From: a virus
Taxonomy: Duplodnaviria > Heunggongvirae > Uroviricota > Caudoviricetes
Reading direction: 5' to 3' (one strand)
Virus record (IMG/VR): IMGVR_UViG_3300037391_000121
Length of the DNA: 64,000 nucleotides
Shown here: piece by piece, positions 34,463-43,436 of the stretch
Layout: the number at the start of each line of letters is the position of its first letter
How positions within the stretch are numbered: the stretch's first letter is position 1
Program-made: the position numbers and the translations under genes
Notes under the pieces: model-generated
Told to the model about the DNA's origin: nothing
Databases searched by the model: none
What the model saw: the letters and a program-made list of their open reading frames with translations, nothing else

Positions 34463-34627
34463 ATGCCTTACAAGCTAGACACAGGAGCGTTGCTGACGGG
34501 AGCCTTCCTCTTTGGGTTGGTTTGCCTCCCCGTTGTCGCAATCGTTCTCGCGGTTCGAGCAGACCGTCCCAAGGATCACCCCAAAACATTCGAGGAAATA
34601 TACCCAGACGAGCACCGCTTCATCTGA
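34463..34627 (+). CDS. small single-pass membrane protein, 54 aa; not in the ORF track
   Basis: Own translation: MPYKLDTGALLTGAFLFGLVCLPVVAIVLAVRADRPKDHPKTFEEIYPDEHRFI. Preceded by TAGGTAGAAT (-10-like) and hairpin ATGTCCC-TGTG-GGGACAT. Confidence 0.35.
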   Translation: MPYKLDTGALLTGAFLFGLVCLPVVAIVLAVRADRPKDHPKTFEEIYPDEHRFI

Positions 34628-34636
34628 GAGGTATTC

Positions 34637-34927
34637 ATGCATAGCTTCGCTGTTAAAATCGACGACGCGGGAGCTTTCGGTATCGACGAAACGTTCAGCC
34701 TGTTCGCTTCGGACATTGTGGAAGCGGCGATTAAGGCCCTCGACATCCTGAACGCCTTGCACGAGAACATCCGCAAGGCTGAGTTCGAACTTGAACCCGA
34801 AGTCCTCCGCATCGCCTACATCTCTGACGAAGGCGTGCTGACTGGCGGCGAGACGGCACCGAGCGACACATGGGTTCAGGAATTCGCCGATCAGATGACC
34901 GCAAGAATCAAAAAATACCTATGCTAG
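34637..34927 (+). CDS. hypothetical protein, 96 aa
   Basis: ORF. Confidence 0.4.
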   Translation: MHSFAVKIDDAGAFGIDETFSLFASDIVEAAIKALDILNALHENIRKAEFELEPEVLRIAYISDEGVLTGGETAPSDTWVQEFADQMTARIKKYLC

Positions 34928-35229
34928 ACATCACCGACATCAGCCTCGTCGTTCCTTGCCATTACTACTCGCAGGGCGGCTACCATTGCGTTGAGGGACA
35001 TCTCTTCAAGTATATCCACCCAGACCACAGCATGGACTTAGAGGGTGAAAAGGCGGGCGTGATTGCCGAGGTTGTCAGGGAAGAGGGCATTCCTATCCAA
35101 TGTCCCGCCTGCGAAGGCAAGGGCGTCCTTCTGACAAGGCTTGGTCGCCAGACAATTCAGTTTTTACAAACCTACGCCTACCCGATGCTTCGGGAAATGG
35201 TGCAGGATATCATGGAGGAGAAACTGTAG
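34921..35229 (+). CDS. hypothetical protein
   Basis: Internal Met (MLDITD) overlapping the upstream stop. Confidence 0.4.
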   Translation: MLDITDISLVVPCHYYSQGGYHCVEGHLFKYIHPDHSMDLEGEKAGVIAEVVREEGIPIQCPACEGKGVLLTRLGRQTIQFLQTYAYPMLREMVQDIMEEKL

Positions 35230-35510
35230 TGAGTTACGAATTGGATGAGTTTGAAGATTACCCAGAAGACGATTTTGAAGACGTAGAAGAAGCCGAAGTC
35301 GTAGACGATCTGGATGACGAGTTGCCCTCGGTTGACGTGTACGACGACGACGAGGCGTACTATTACGACCCCTACGAGGGGTACGAGGAAGACGAAAAGC
35401 TCGAAGAGGCTGAGGCCGATACCGTCTGCACGAAATGCGATGGCACAGGGGAGTTCCCTGAGGATCATTTGTGCAAAGCCTGCAACGGGAAAGGCTCCAT
35501 CGGTGAGTAA
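35229..35510 (+). CDS. highly acidic protein with C-terminal CxxCxGxG zinc finger
   Basis: GTG start after GGAGGAG; D/E/Y-rich; ..CTKCDGTGEFPEDHLCKACNGKG. Confidence 0.4.
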   Translation: MSYELDEFEDYPEDDFEDVEEAEVVDDLDDELPSVDVYDDDEAYYYDPYEGYEEDEKLEEAEADTVCTKCDGTGEFPEDHLCKACNGKGSIGE

Positions 35511-35763
35511 AGAGATCACCATCACGCCTGACGGCAAAGCCAAGGTGAGCACGATCATGAGCCTCGGCGATGGTCAGGCGTTCTTTCGCTCAATGCTCGG
35601 GACATGTGGCACAATCTGCGGCAAGGCTGGGCACGAGGACAACGAGAAGCCCCACGTCCGCAACGACTCGTGTTGGAACTGGAAGCCCGGAGACTACGTT
35701 TATCTGGGCGAAGTACGCGATACCAAGATCACCTTCAAGCCCGAGACCGAAGACCTGCTGTAA
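35503..35763 (+). CDS. hypothetical protein
   Basis: GTG start overlapping the upstream stop; in frame with ORF 35314. Confidence 0.35.
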   Translation: MSKEITITPDGKAKVSTIMSLGDGQAFFRSMLGTCGTICGKAGHEDNEKPHVRNDSCWNWKPGDYVYLGEVRDTKITFKPETEDLL

Positions 35764-35835
35764 CCCTTTGAAAACAAGCCAAATATAGTCCACATTTCCT
35801 ATCGATTCCCGCTTCTTTTTGGGTATAATAGGCAC
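35764..35835 (+). promoter_or_regulatory. conserved promoter element, copy 4 (long form)
   Basis: TTTGAAAACAAGCCAAATATAG...CCTATCGATTCCCGCTTCTTTTTGGGTATAATAGGCAC then ATG at 35836. Confidence 0.6.
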
Positions 35836-36165
35836 ATGAGCGATCAGACGGTAGCCAAAACAATCCTCGAACAGCTTGGCGGACGCAAGTTTATCGTCAT
35901 GACTGGCGCGAAGAATTTCGTCGGCTCCAGCAACAGCCTGTCCTTCAAGCTGCCCGGTGGCGGCGGCTTCTGCAATGACGGCATCAATTACGTCAACATC
36001 GAACTGACATCTGCCGACGACTATACCGTGACCTTCCACCGCGTGCGTGGTATGCGGAACACACTCGTCGCGAAGCACGAGGGCATTTACTTCGATCAAC
36101 TGCGAGAGTCTTTCACCAACGCAACTGGCTTGGCGACTTCACTCGGCACGATGGGGGCGAAATGA
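35836..36165 (+). CDS. hypothetical protein, 109 aa
   Basis: First gene after promoter copy 4. Confidence 0.5.
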   Translation: MSDQTVAKTILEQLGGRKFIVMTGAKNFVGSSNSLSFKLPGGGGFCNDGINYVNIELTSADDYTVTFHRVRGMRNTLVAKHEGIYFDQLRESFTNATGLATSLGTMGAK

Positions 36166-36611
36166 CAACCAATCACCTGCCTGAATCGCAGTATCTCGCT
36201 GGCGAGCGTGAAGCAGAACTCGCTGCCCTTCGTGCGGACGAGTCTTTCACGTTCAGCGTCGAGTCCGAACTGGCTGTCGTAGGTCACGACGGCGAGTACG
36301 CCGACATGGACAACCCCCGAGGGGAGATCATCCGTCACCGCTATTTCATGGTCGCTACCGATTCCATCGGTCACCAGTATCGCTACGGCTTCGAGCGCAC
36401 CGAGGCTCTCGCCGAGGCCGTCTTCCAACAGTTCGCCCCGCCCGTCTCTGAGTGGTCTCTATGGCGTTGCATTTACGGCTCCATCGCGTATGAACTGGAA
36501 GGCTGCGAAACCGCCCAACTGATCGATGAAATGGAATCCGACCTTGGTCATCGCTGGATGGAGCGGGCTCCCGAAGTCGCTCTCGCTCTCGCCGCTAAGG
36601 GGGCGATCTAA
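36162..36611 (+). CDS. hypothetical protein, 149 aa
   Basis: ATGA overlap. Confidence 0.45.
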   Translation: MTTNHLPESQYLAGEREAELAALRADESFTFSVESELAVVGHDGEYADMDNPRGEIIRHRYFMVATDSIGHQYRYGFERTEALAEAVFQQFAPPVSEWSLWRCIYGSIAYELEGCETAQLIDEMESDLGHRWMERAPEVALALAAKGAI

Positions 36612-36865
36612 TGAGCAAGCACGACGACGCCGAAACAGTGATAGCCATCATGGTCGCCGAAGTAAAACGGCGGACGACGATGGACGAGAAACGAGCCAAG
36701 GCACTGATCGAAGAAATGTGGAGCGAGGCTTACACGTTCGGGGCGCAGGGCAGCCAGAAGGTCTGGCACTATTTCGTGTACGAGACCGAGCGCAGCCCGT
36801 CCTCGGACTGGTGGTACAAACGAATTGAGAACGCCGTACTGCGGCGGACAGGATGGGCAAACTAA
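36611..36865 (+). CDS. hypothetical protein, 84 aa
   Basis: Overlapping start. Confidence 0.4.
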   Translation: MSKHDDAETVIAIMVAEVKRRTTMDEKRAKALIEEMWSEAYTFGAQGSQKVWHYFVYETERSPSSDWWYKRIENAVLRRTGWAN

Positions 36866-37230
36866 TGCAAGTCACGATCACGTTGGGGCAGCTTCGCACG
36901 CTGGAAGAGAACGGCAGCCTGCACATCAACGACGCCAAGATCGCCATTGAACTCGTGCTGCTCAAGCCTGAGAACGTCGCCACGGGCGCGGAGATCAAAG
37001 ACTTCTGGGACAACGGTTGGGACGGGAACTATTACCACGACGATTGGGAAGAAGCCGTTCAGGACGATGAAGGCAACTGGATTCTGGAAGACGGCAAACT
37101 GTATAATCTTGACAGGCTCGGCTATTGCTGCTGGCAGGGTCCGAGCAGCGGGGTGGGTGTGCGGCGTCACGATCAGCCCGCTACCATACCGTTCGTCGAA
37201 GCGTACCTCAAATGGAAGGGGAAACGATGA
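36853..37230 (+). CDS. hypothetical protein, 125 aa
   Basis: ORF. Confidence 0.4.
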   Translation: MGKLMQVTITLGQLRTLEENGSLHINDAKIAIELVLLKPENVATGAEIKDFWDNGWDGNYYHDDWEEAVQDDEGNWILEDGKLYNLDRLGYCCWQGPSSGVGVRRHDQPATIPFVEAYLKWKGKR

Positions 37231-37610
37231 TGACAGCGACAGGGGTAGCGAAAGTGCGTATTGAGATCGGCGGGTCTTACGTCTCCGACGAGTGCACGAT
37301 GGTTTATGAACTGACTCCAGAGCAGGCCGATGTTTACCAGACGGCTCAGTTCGCCTTCGAGAGAGCACGTACCGCACGCGACAAGGCTCTGGGCGCACCC
37401 ATCAGGTTCCCGAAGGGCGTCTGCAATTTCTGGCTCCTGAATGTCCGCCTGACGGCTGACGGCAATCAATTCATCAAGGCAGGCACCACAGGCGACATGA
37501 ACGTGATCGAGTGCAGCCATGACCGCCGCGTGTTGAAGGCTCTGTTCCATCCCACGGGCTCGCCGGGATTCGGCGAAGTGACTTGGCCTCAGTACGAGAA
37601 GATCGGATAA
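37227..37610 (+). CDS. hypothetical protein
   Basis: GGAAGGGGAAACG then ATGATG; internal Met of ORF 37125. Confidence 0.4.
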   Translation: MMTATGVAKVRIEIGGSYVSDECTMVYELTPEQADVYQTAQFAFERARTARDKALGAPIRFPKGVCNFWLLNVRLTADGNQFIKAGTTGDMNVIECSHDRRVLKALFHPTGSPGFGEVTWPQYEKIG

Positions 37611-37676
37611 CCTATGCATTGATGGCTCATAGCGGATGCGTTCGCCCCTGTCGAGGCACAGTACAGGGCAGAGATA

Positions 37677-37994
37677 TTGAAAGAGACGTGGGGACACCTT
37701 GCTCCGTCGCGGAACAAGAAGTACCACGGCTCCTTGACGTTCGCTCTGGGCATCTTCGGCTCCGACGATCTCAACCCGACCGCGATCTCCTGCGAGTTCA
37801 AAACCCGCAAGGGCGAGACGCTTGAGAGTTCACCGTGGTTTTACGACGCGATGATGGACTTCATGCAGTCGCTTGAGTGCGAAGCTGGCGGCGTGTACCG
37901 CTTCGAGGGCTATTTCCGAAATTACGAGTTTTGTGGTACGATCCGCAAGGTGAATTTGGAACCACAGTTGGTGGATCGGCAACGTTGGGTTTAA
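37677..37994 (+). CDS. hypothetical protein, 105 aa
   Basis: ORF. Confidence 0.4.
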   Translation: MKETWGHLAPSRNKKYHGSLTFALGIFGSDDLNPTAISCEFKTRKGETLESSPWFYDAMMDFMQSLECEAGGVYRFEGYFRNYEFCGTIRKVNLEPQLVDRQRWV

Positions 37995-38229
37995 CGTGGC
38001 ACCTGCCAGAGCAGCCACAGGTCCCTTGAGGAAAGCAGGATATGACTCGGGACGTGCGTTAACGGAGGGGTTATGAAAATCGACGGGCTTTTACTCACGT
38101 GTTTTCTCAAGGCGTGCGCTGAGAATTACAAAGTGCCTCTCGCCATAGAAATTGACGCAGCCAAGATGACGCTCATCAACACCGAGACTAAAGAGAAACT
38201 CTCGGAGACGGAATTTTAACGGAGGAATT

Positions 38230-38460
38230 ATGGACGATTTTATCGTGTTGCGTAGAGCGAGAGCCGAAAGCAGGGGACCGCGAGACGAAAAATTCGTCGA
38301 GACCGCAGGACAACTCGCGGAGTTGCTGCAAGTCTTGGCGCACAAGTCGCAGCTTCTTGACAACGTGCAACTGAGCGCGTATCAGGAACGCATGGACGTT
38401 TTGATTGGGCAAATGAAGGAAACGATGCAGGTCGAGGGCATCGCATACATAGGAGTGTAA
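38230..38460 (+). CDS. hypothetical protein, 76 aa
   Basis: GGAGGAATT then ATG. Confidence 0.4.
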   Translation: MDDFIVLRRARAESRGPRDEKFVETAGQLAELLQVLAHKSQLLDNVQLSAYQERMDVLIGQMKETMQVEGIAYIGV

Positions 38461-38463
38461 GCC

Positions 38464-38868
38464 ATGTTTGGATTTGGGAAGGGCAAGAGCAAGCCAGTGA
38501 AGCCCGAGGAGCCGAAGGAAGATAAGCCGCTGCGTTTCTACGCCTACTACAACGCAGTCTGCATCATGGGCAAGGCTCCATGGCCTCCGATGATTAAAGA
38601 CCACTCAGGGCACGACCGCTTCGATCTGTTCCAGCATATCGCGGACGCCCTGAACGTGAAGCACCGCTACGGTTTTGTGCGTAAGCAACTCGCGTTGACG
38701 GTCGCGGCGTATGAACGCGGCGACATCGACAAACAGAAAGTGGCGGACGACTTGATCCACATGCTGCAAGTCATCCGTGCCGACGAGAAGCGCGACGAGC
38801 CTCTGTTCGCCGAGCACGAACGCAAGCTGGCGGAATACGAGCGCAGCAACGGGAATTGGGGAGGATAA
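38464..38868 (+). CDS. hypothetical protein, 134 aa
   Basis: ORF. Confidence 0.45.
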   Translation: MFGFGKGKSKPVKPEEPKEDKPLRFYAYYNAVCIMGKAPWPPMIKDHSGHDRFDLFQHIADALNVKHRYGFVRKQLALTVAAYERGDIDKQKVADDLIHMLQVIRADEKRDEPLFAEHERKLAEYERSNGNWGG

Positions 38869-38870
38869 TT

Positions 38871-39242
38871 ATGCCAATAGCCGATGGAGTTCTGACAATC
38901 ACACCCGAGGAGATCGTCATCACCGATCACCTTTGGGATGCGTTCGGTCACTATGAGACCGAAATTTCTGCCGACTGGCTTGTCCGCTTTGCTCAGAAGC
39001 GTGGTAAGGGTTGGAGGCCGTTCACCTACGCTGAGATCGAAGAGTTCTACTCGGCTGGCAGGGGCGGTACACTTCGCGGCTTCTCTTTCAATAAGCTGGT
39101 TGACAAGGGTTTCATCATCATCATGGTTCCGAAGGGCACCGTTGGCACCGAAGGCTCGCCACGGCTTTTCGTTCCCGAAGACACCTATCACTACACCGAG
39201 GATTTCATCGGTCGATGCTTCCGAGCGGCGGCGAAGAAATGA
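38871..39242 (+). CDS. hypothetical protein
   Basis: GGGGAGGATAATT then ATG. Confidence 0.45.
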   Translation: MPIADGVLTITPEEIVITDHLWDAFGHYETEISADWLVRFAQKRGKGWRPFTYAEIEEFYSAGRGGTLRGFSFNKLVDKGFIIIMVPKGTVGTEGSPRLFVPEDTYHYTEDFIGRCFRAAAKK

Positions 39243-39439
39243 GTTTTGATGACCGCACTATGCGGCTGGATGATAGCCCACGGGATCGGGTGCGACAAGT
39301 TCATCCCAAGTGCGTGTGCACCGCCGTCTACTGGAATGGACGCCGGGAGGGTTTTGTTGTCTCCCTGAACGGGAAGACTATTGCGTCGGCGACCCAAGCG
39401 TATCAGGCGTGGCTGCTGGCGGAAGCGAAGCTACTATGA
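39239..39439 (+). CDS. hypothetical protein
   Basis: ATGA overlap; internal Met of ORF 39215. Confidence 0.35.
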   Translation: MSFDDRTMRLDDSPRDRVRQVHPKCVCTAVYWNGRREGFVVSLNGKTIASATQAYQAWLLAEAKLL

Positions 39440-39606
39440 CTCATTCCTGCGCCAAATCGATCTACTTCGACCGCTGCACGATGTGCGGACGGTGCCCAGA
39501 GTGTTGCCCGGGGCATAAACGACCCGACAATTACTACGGCATGACCCGCCAGCAAGGTCTTGACTGGAAGAAGCAGGAACGCCAGAAACCCGCGAGGATA
39601 AACTAG
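39436..39606 (+). CDS. small Cys-rich protein, 56 aa
   Basis: CTMCGRCPECCPGH; ATGA overlap. Confidence 0.35.
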   Translation: MTHSCAKSIYFDRCTMCGRCPECCPGHKRPDNYYGMTRQQGLDWKKQERQKPARIN

Positions 39607-40631
39607 TGCCCTACATTCAATACGTCAACAAAAAGATCGGTGCAGACAAGATGGCGATCATCGATGTCTGCAATGAGATCATCGCGTCCTATCAGGCTCA
39701 GGGCTTTCGTTTGACGTTGCGGCAGCTTTACTACCGACTCGTGGCGGGCGACCTGTTTCCCGACGACCGTAAGTGGGTCTGGACGGGCAGCAAGTGGATT
39801 CGTCACCCCGATGGCACCAAGAACGCGGAGCCGAATTACAAATTCCTCGGCGACGTGGTTTCTGACGGTCGGCTGTTGGGGTTGGTGGATTGGGACGCTA
39901 TTGAAGACCGCACCCGTAGCCTCAGCACCAACTCGCATTGGGCCGAGCCAGTCAACATCGTGGAAAGTGCTCGCGATTCATACCTCAATGATCTGTGGCG
40001 TTGGCAGCCAGTTCGTCCCGAGGTCTGGGTGGAGAAGGACGCTTTGGAAGGGGTCGTACAAGCCGCTTGCAAGCCGCTTGACGTGCCTTTCTTCTCCTGC
40101 CGTGGCTACACCAGCCAATCCGCCATGTGGGAGGCAGGGCAGCGTTTGCTCGGCTACCGCCAGAACACCGTGGAATACAAAGGCAAGCACGTTCGCCGCG
40201 AGAACAAACCGTTTCGTCAACGTGTGCTGATCTTCCATCTTGGCGATCACGATCCTTCGGGCATCGACATGACGCGAGATATTCAGGATCGGCTGGAAAT
40301 GTTCACTGGCATTCCAGTTGAGGTTCGCCGTCTCGCTTTGAACATGGATCAGGTTCAGAAGTACAGTCCGCCGCCGAACCCCGCCAAGCAAACGGATTCG
40401 CGATTCAAGCAGTACATGGAGGAGCACGGCGACGAGAGTTGGGAGCTTGATGCTCTGGAGCCGAATGTGTTAATCTCCCTCATACAGGCGAACATCAAGT
40501 CTGTGATGGATGCCCCTCGGTACGAGGAAGCCCGCCTGATTCAGGAGCACGGGCGGAAAGAACTGACCAGTATCGCCGAGAAGTATGCCGTGGCAGTCAA
40601 GGCGACGGCTGGAAAACCGGAGAAGAAATAA
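39606..40631 (+). CDS. Spo11/TopoVI-A-like protein (CAP/winged-helix with candidate catalytic Tyr, plus Toprim)
   Basis: GTG start after GAGGA. LTLRQLYYRLV matches the TxRxxYY CAP motif; VWVEKDALEG matches the Toprim glutamate; IFHLGDHDPSGIDM matches the DxD Toprim metal site. Confidence 0.55.
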   Translation: MPYIQYVNKKIGADKMAIIDVCNEIIASYQAQGFRLTLRQLYYRLVAGDLFPDDRKWVWTGSKWIRHPDGTKNAEPNYKFLGDVVSDGRLLGLVDWDAIEDRTRSLSTNSHWAEPVNIVESARDSYLNDLWRWQPVRPEVWVEKDALEGVVQAACKPLDVPFFSCRGYTSQSAMWEAGQRLLGYRQNTVEYKGKHVRRENKPFRQRVLIFHLGDHDPSGIDMTRDIQDRLEMFTGIPVEVRRLALNMDQVQKYSPPPNPAKQTDSRFKQYMEEHGDESWELDALEPNVLISLIQANIKSVMDAPRYEEARLIQEHGRKELTSIAEKYAVAVKATAGKPEKK

Positions 40632-40819
40632 TGCCAAAGAAGAGACCTGCTATCGAATATCCCAAGGATGTCATCGTAGAGGCCAAGCTTCGCCGTATGC
40701 GTCCTGACGACTACCTTCGCCAGATGGCGGAATGCGGCATGGCCGACCAGCGGATGGACGAGATCGACCGCAAGAAGCTGGACGAAATGCAGGAGCCGGT
40801 AGCCGAGTCCGCGTTGTGA
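40631..40819 (+). CDS. hypothetical protein, 62 aa
   Basis: ATGC-type overlap. Confidence 0.4.
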   Translation: MPKKRPAIEYPKDVIVEAKLRRMRPDDYLRQMAECGMADQRMDEIDRKKLDEMQEPVAESAL

Positions 40820-40998
40820 GCAGCTACGGGTTCCAGCCAAGCGGCAATCCAACGAGCGGCAAATACCTTCTTCGGCTGTTTGGCACCATTGCCAGCATCC
40901 TTTGGCTAGTGGGCGGAATTTTTGACGGGCATTGGAGCCCCGGCCCGTTGGTTCTCGCCGCTATCCTGTTCGGGATCGCTTGGGTGTGCAAATCCTAA
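40816..40998 (+). CDS. small membrane protein
   Basis: GTGA overlap; LFGTIASILWLVGGIF..LAAILFGIAWVC. Confidence 0.35.
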   Translation: MSSYGFQPSGNPTSGKYLLRLFGTIASILWLVGGIFDGHWSPGPLVLAAILFGIAWVCKS

Positions 40999-41002
40999 TA
41001 AG

Positions 41003-41072
41003 TTGTTGAAAACAAACCAAATATAGCCCCAAAATCCTATCGATTTCGCTCATTTTTTGGGTATAATAGGGC
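41003..41072 (+). promoter_or_regulatory. conserved promoter element, copy 5 (long form)
   Basis: GTTGAAAACAAACCAAATATAG...CCTATCGATTTCGCTCATTTTTTGGGTATAATAGGGC then ATG at 41073. Confidence 0.6.
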
Positions 41073-41384
41073 ATGAGCAGATTACGATTGAACGTGAAAG
41101 CGATGGCAGCCCGCAGCGAAGCCCGCACCGCCGCCATTGTCGTTGGCAGCACCTACTTCCTGTCCAGCTTCTACGATAAGGACGGCTGTCTCGTGGAGGT
41201 TCTGAGCAAGTCCACGAAGAAGAACAGCGCGGGCTGGCCGAGCACCGTCGAAGTGAAGGTCATTTGTCCTCTGGGCGACGACGCTGGCAAACCGTACTAC
41301 GCGGTCGGCACCATCCACACCTGCAACGCGACCAACCTCTACGATAAGCGTGATGACGCCTCGCACACGCGGAGGGTGTTCTAA
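41073..41384 (+). CDS. hypothetical protein, 103 aa
   Basis: First gene after promoter copy 5. Confidence 0.5.
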   Translation: MSRLRLNVKAMAARSEARTAAIVVGSTYFLSSFYDKDGCLVEVLSKSTKKNSAGWPSTVEVKVICPLGDDAGKPYYAVGTIHTCNATNLYDKRDDASHTRRVF

Positions 41385-41563
41385 TGGATCAGCCAACGAT
41401 TATGACCGCCGATCACCGCCAGATGCTCGCCTACTGGCACGTCAACGAGCCAGACGCGGGCGTCGAGTGGCTGGCGAATAACATGATTCGCAAGTTCAAC
41501 CTGAACAAAAACACCGCATGGATTCTGGCTACACGGTTCATCAACGAACGGAGGGGCTAATGA
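41384..41563 (+). CDS. hypothetical protein, 59 aa
   Basis: ATGG-type overlap. Confidence 0.35.
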
Positions 41564-41709
41564 GCGCAGCTTGGGGTACAGCAGAATCGCTTGAATCGGT
41601 GCCACGATTGCAGCGTATTTGGCGCATGTGGTCCTACGTTTCTGTGGGTTCGATCTTCTACATGCTGGTACGTTTTTACAACTAACAAGCACATTAGAGA
41701 GGGGCAACT

Positions 41710-42045
41710 ATGGAATCCACCAATCGCCATCAGATTCGCGTAAACGGTTTGGTTATCAATCACATTGATGTGCGGCACGCGCTCGTAGACGGCGTACCGT
41801 GCGGTGAATGGCAGGTCGCCATCGAAGACCCCATGATCGGCTGGATGACCCTAGACGACAACGATAACCTGTGGGATAATGATCTACCGAAGTTCGTGTT
41901 GGAGGTTCGTGCCAACCCGTGGGTCTCTGTTATCGACATGCGGGACGGCAATGAATTACCAGTTCTCGGCTGGCGGCAGGTGTCGGTCGCCCAACTGCTT
42001 GAACTTTTAGAGTCTACAGGGGTCTTAGTTAGGGAGACCCGCTAG
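41710..42045 (+). CDS. hypothetical protein, 111 aa
   Basis: GAGAGGGGCAACT then ATG. Confidence 0.45.
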   Translation: MESTNRHQIRVNGLVINHIDVRHALVDGVPCGEWQVAIEDPMIGWMTLDDNDNLWDNDLPKFVLEVRANPWVSVIDMRDGNELPVLGWRQVSVAQLLELLESTGVLVRETR

Positions 42046-42051
42046 GGCATC

Positions 42052-42321
42052 ATGGGATTTTTCGACGACTACAACGAAGAGGAAGTTCGCCCACGCCGTA
42101 AGTCTCGACGGGGGAGCGCCGACGACAGTGCCGACGACAGGCTCGATTGGCGAGACCTTGGCGAAGGGATCGACGAACCCGAAGAGCCTACCGAGGAACC
42201 CGACGAGGAGTCCGAAGAGGACGAGGACACGATCCAAGAACTTGAGATCGATGACCACGGCAGGATGCGTCGTTCGAGCAGGGACGAGATTGACCCCGAC
42301 TTTTGGAACGAAGACGAATAA
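42052..42321 (+). CDS. acidic low-complexity protein, 89 aa
   Basis: D/E/S-rich. Confidence 0.4.
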   Translation: MGFFDDYNEEEVRPRRKSRRGSADDSADDRLDWRDLGEGIDEPEEPTEEPDEESEEDEDTIQELEIDDHGRMRRSSRDEIDPDFWNEDE

Positions 42322-42329
42322 TCCAAACT

Positions 42330-42659
42330 ATGAGGCAAGCGATTAGAGTAGCGTTACTCTGCGTTGTGATTGGGTTTGCACTCGGATACCTCGGTCTGTC
42401 TGTTCACGGCATCATGGCGGAAAAGGCTCAGGCGTCGAAACCTTCCGCACTATTTAAGAACCCCGACATTTACATAGGGGGCAGGCCGTCGCCCTTCACA
42501 TTTGGTGGCCCTCCATTAGGTAACGATCCCCCGTTTTTTGATCCATTCACTCAAAGCCCATCGCGAGCAATGCCCCGCCCACTGCCGCCGCCTCCGCAGG
42601 ACGCTCCCTGTATCGGCACTGCCGATCCCTGCCAGCAACGAAGGGTCATCAGGATATGA
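42330..42659 (+). CDS. membrane-anchored Pro-rich protein
   Basis: N-terminal TM helix then Pro-rich tail. Confidence 0.4.
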   Translation: MRQAIRVALLCVVIGFALGYLGLSVHGIMAEKAQASKPSALFKNPDIYIGGRPSPFTFGGPPLGNDPPFFDPFTQSPSRAMPRPLPPPPQDAPCIGTADPCQQRRVIRI

Positions 42660-42946
42660 CCGTGACCCCACTTGAGGAATCCCGCGAAGTCTACGCTGCG
42701 ATCCCCGCTTCACTCAGGGAGCCCGCCTTAGCCCTCCTGACCGCATTGCTGGAGCCTGTGTCGCCTGAGATACGTGCTGACTACACCAAAGACCCCATCA
42801 ACTGGTGGAAGCATGGACACTTCCATTTCGGCCTCGCCGTCCGCAATCAACTTCGTCGCAAGGGATTTGACGCCGCCTACTTCGGCGTCAGCAACTTGGA
42901 CGACATCTACGTTTTTCTCGTCGAAGAAGCCCTCAAACTCCGCTAA
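42656..42946 (+). CDS. hypothetical protein, 96 aa
   Basis: ATGA overlap. Confidence 0.4.
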   Translation: MTVTPLEESREVYAAIPASLREPALALLTALLEPVSPEIRADYTKDPINWWKHGHFHFGLAVRNQLRRKGFDAAYFGVSNLDDIYVFLVEEALKLR

Positions 42947-42950
42947 ATGT

Positions 42951-42960
42951 GGTATTATAT
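42951..42960 (+). promoter_or_regulatory. weaker promoter-family copy (TGGTATTATAT)
   Basis: Extended -10 about 20 nt before GGAGGCAGAT then the ATG at 42984. Confidence 0.35.
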
Positions 42961-42983
42961 CTGTTAGGCAGTTGGAGGCAGAT

Positions 42984-43436
42984 ATGAAAACTCAACTCGA
43001 ACTGGACATCGAACAGCGCGAATTGGATGCACAGAAAGCCGCCGCCGCAAAGGAAAAGCGGGACGCAGAGGCAGCGGAGAAAAGCCGCCTCTGGTCTCGC
43101 AATGAATTCCGTAAGACTACCACGCCTCTCGTGGAGTGGGCTGGTGCGGAGTACACTGGCGATGAATCCCTGAAATTCACTTTCAAGGGAGAGGTCTTTT
43201 CGCTGTCCGTTGACACGTATTGGAGTGAAGGGGACAACGAAAGCGGCATCCCCAGCGGCTACTCCTCAGCTTGGTATCTCCACGGCAGGTGCAAAGAGGT
43301 TTATGTGGCCGGATGTTCGAGCTATTTTGAGCCTGACAGCAACGGCAAGTATTCGGGCTACGCTCATGGCCCGATCAAAGAAAAGATCATCAAAGCGATC
43401 AAAGAGATCGACGACGACGAATGTCGGAGGCGGTAA
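42984..43436 (+). CDS. hypothetical protein
   Basis: GGAGG SD; internal Met of ORF 42774. Confidence 0.45.
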   Translation: MKTQLELDIEQRELDAQKAAAAKEKRDAEAAEKSRLWSRNEFRKTTTPLVEWAGAEYTGDESLKFTFKGEVFSLSVDTYWSEGDNESGIPSGYSSAWYLHGRCKEVYVAGCSSYFEPDSNGKYSGYAHGPIKEKIIKAIKEIDDDECRRR

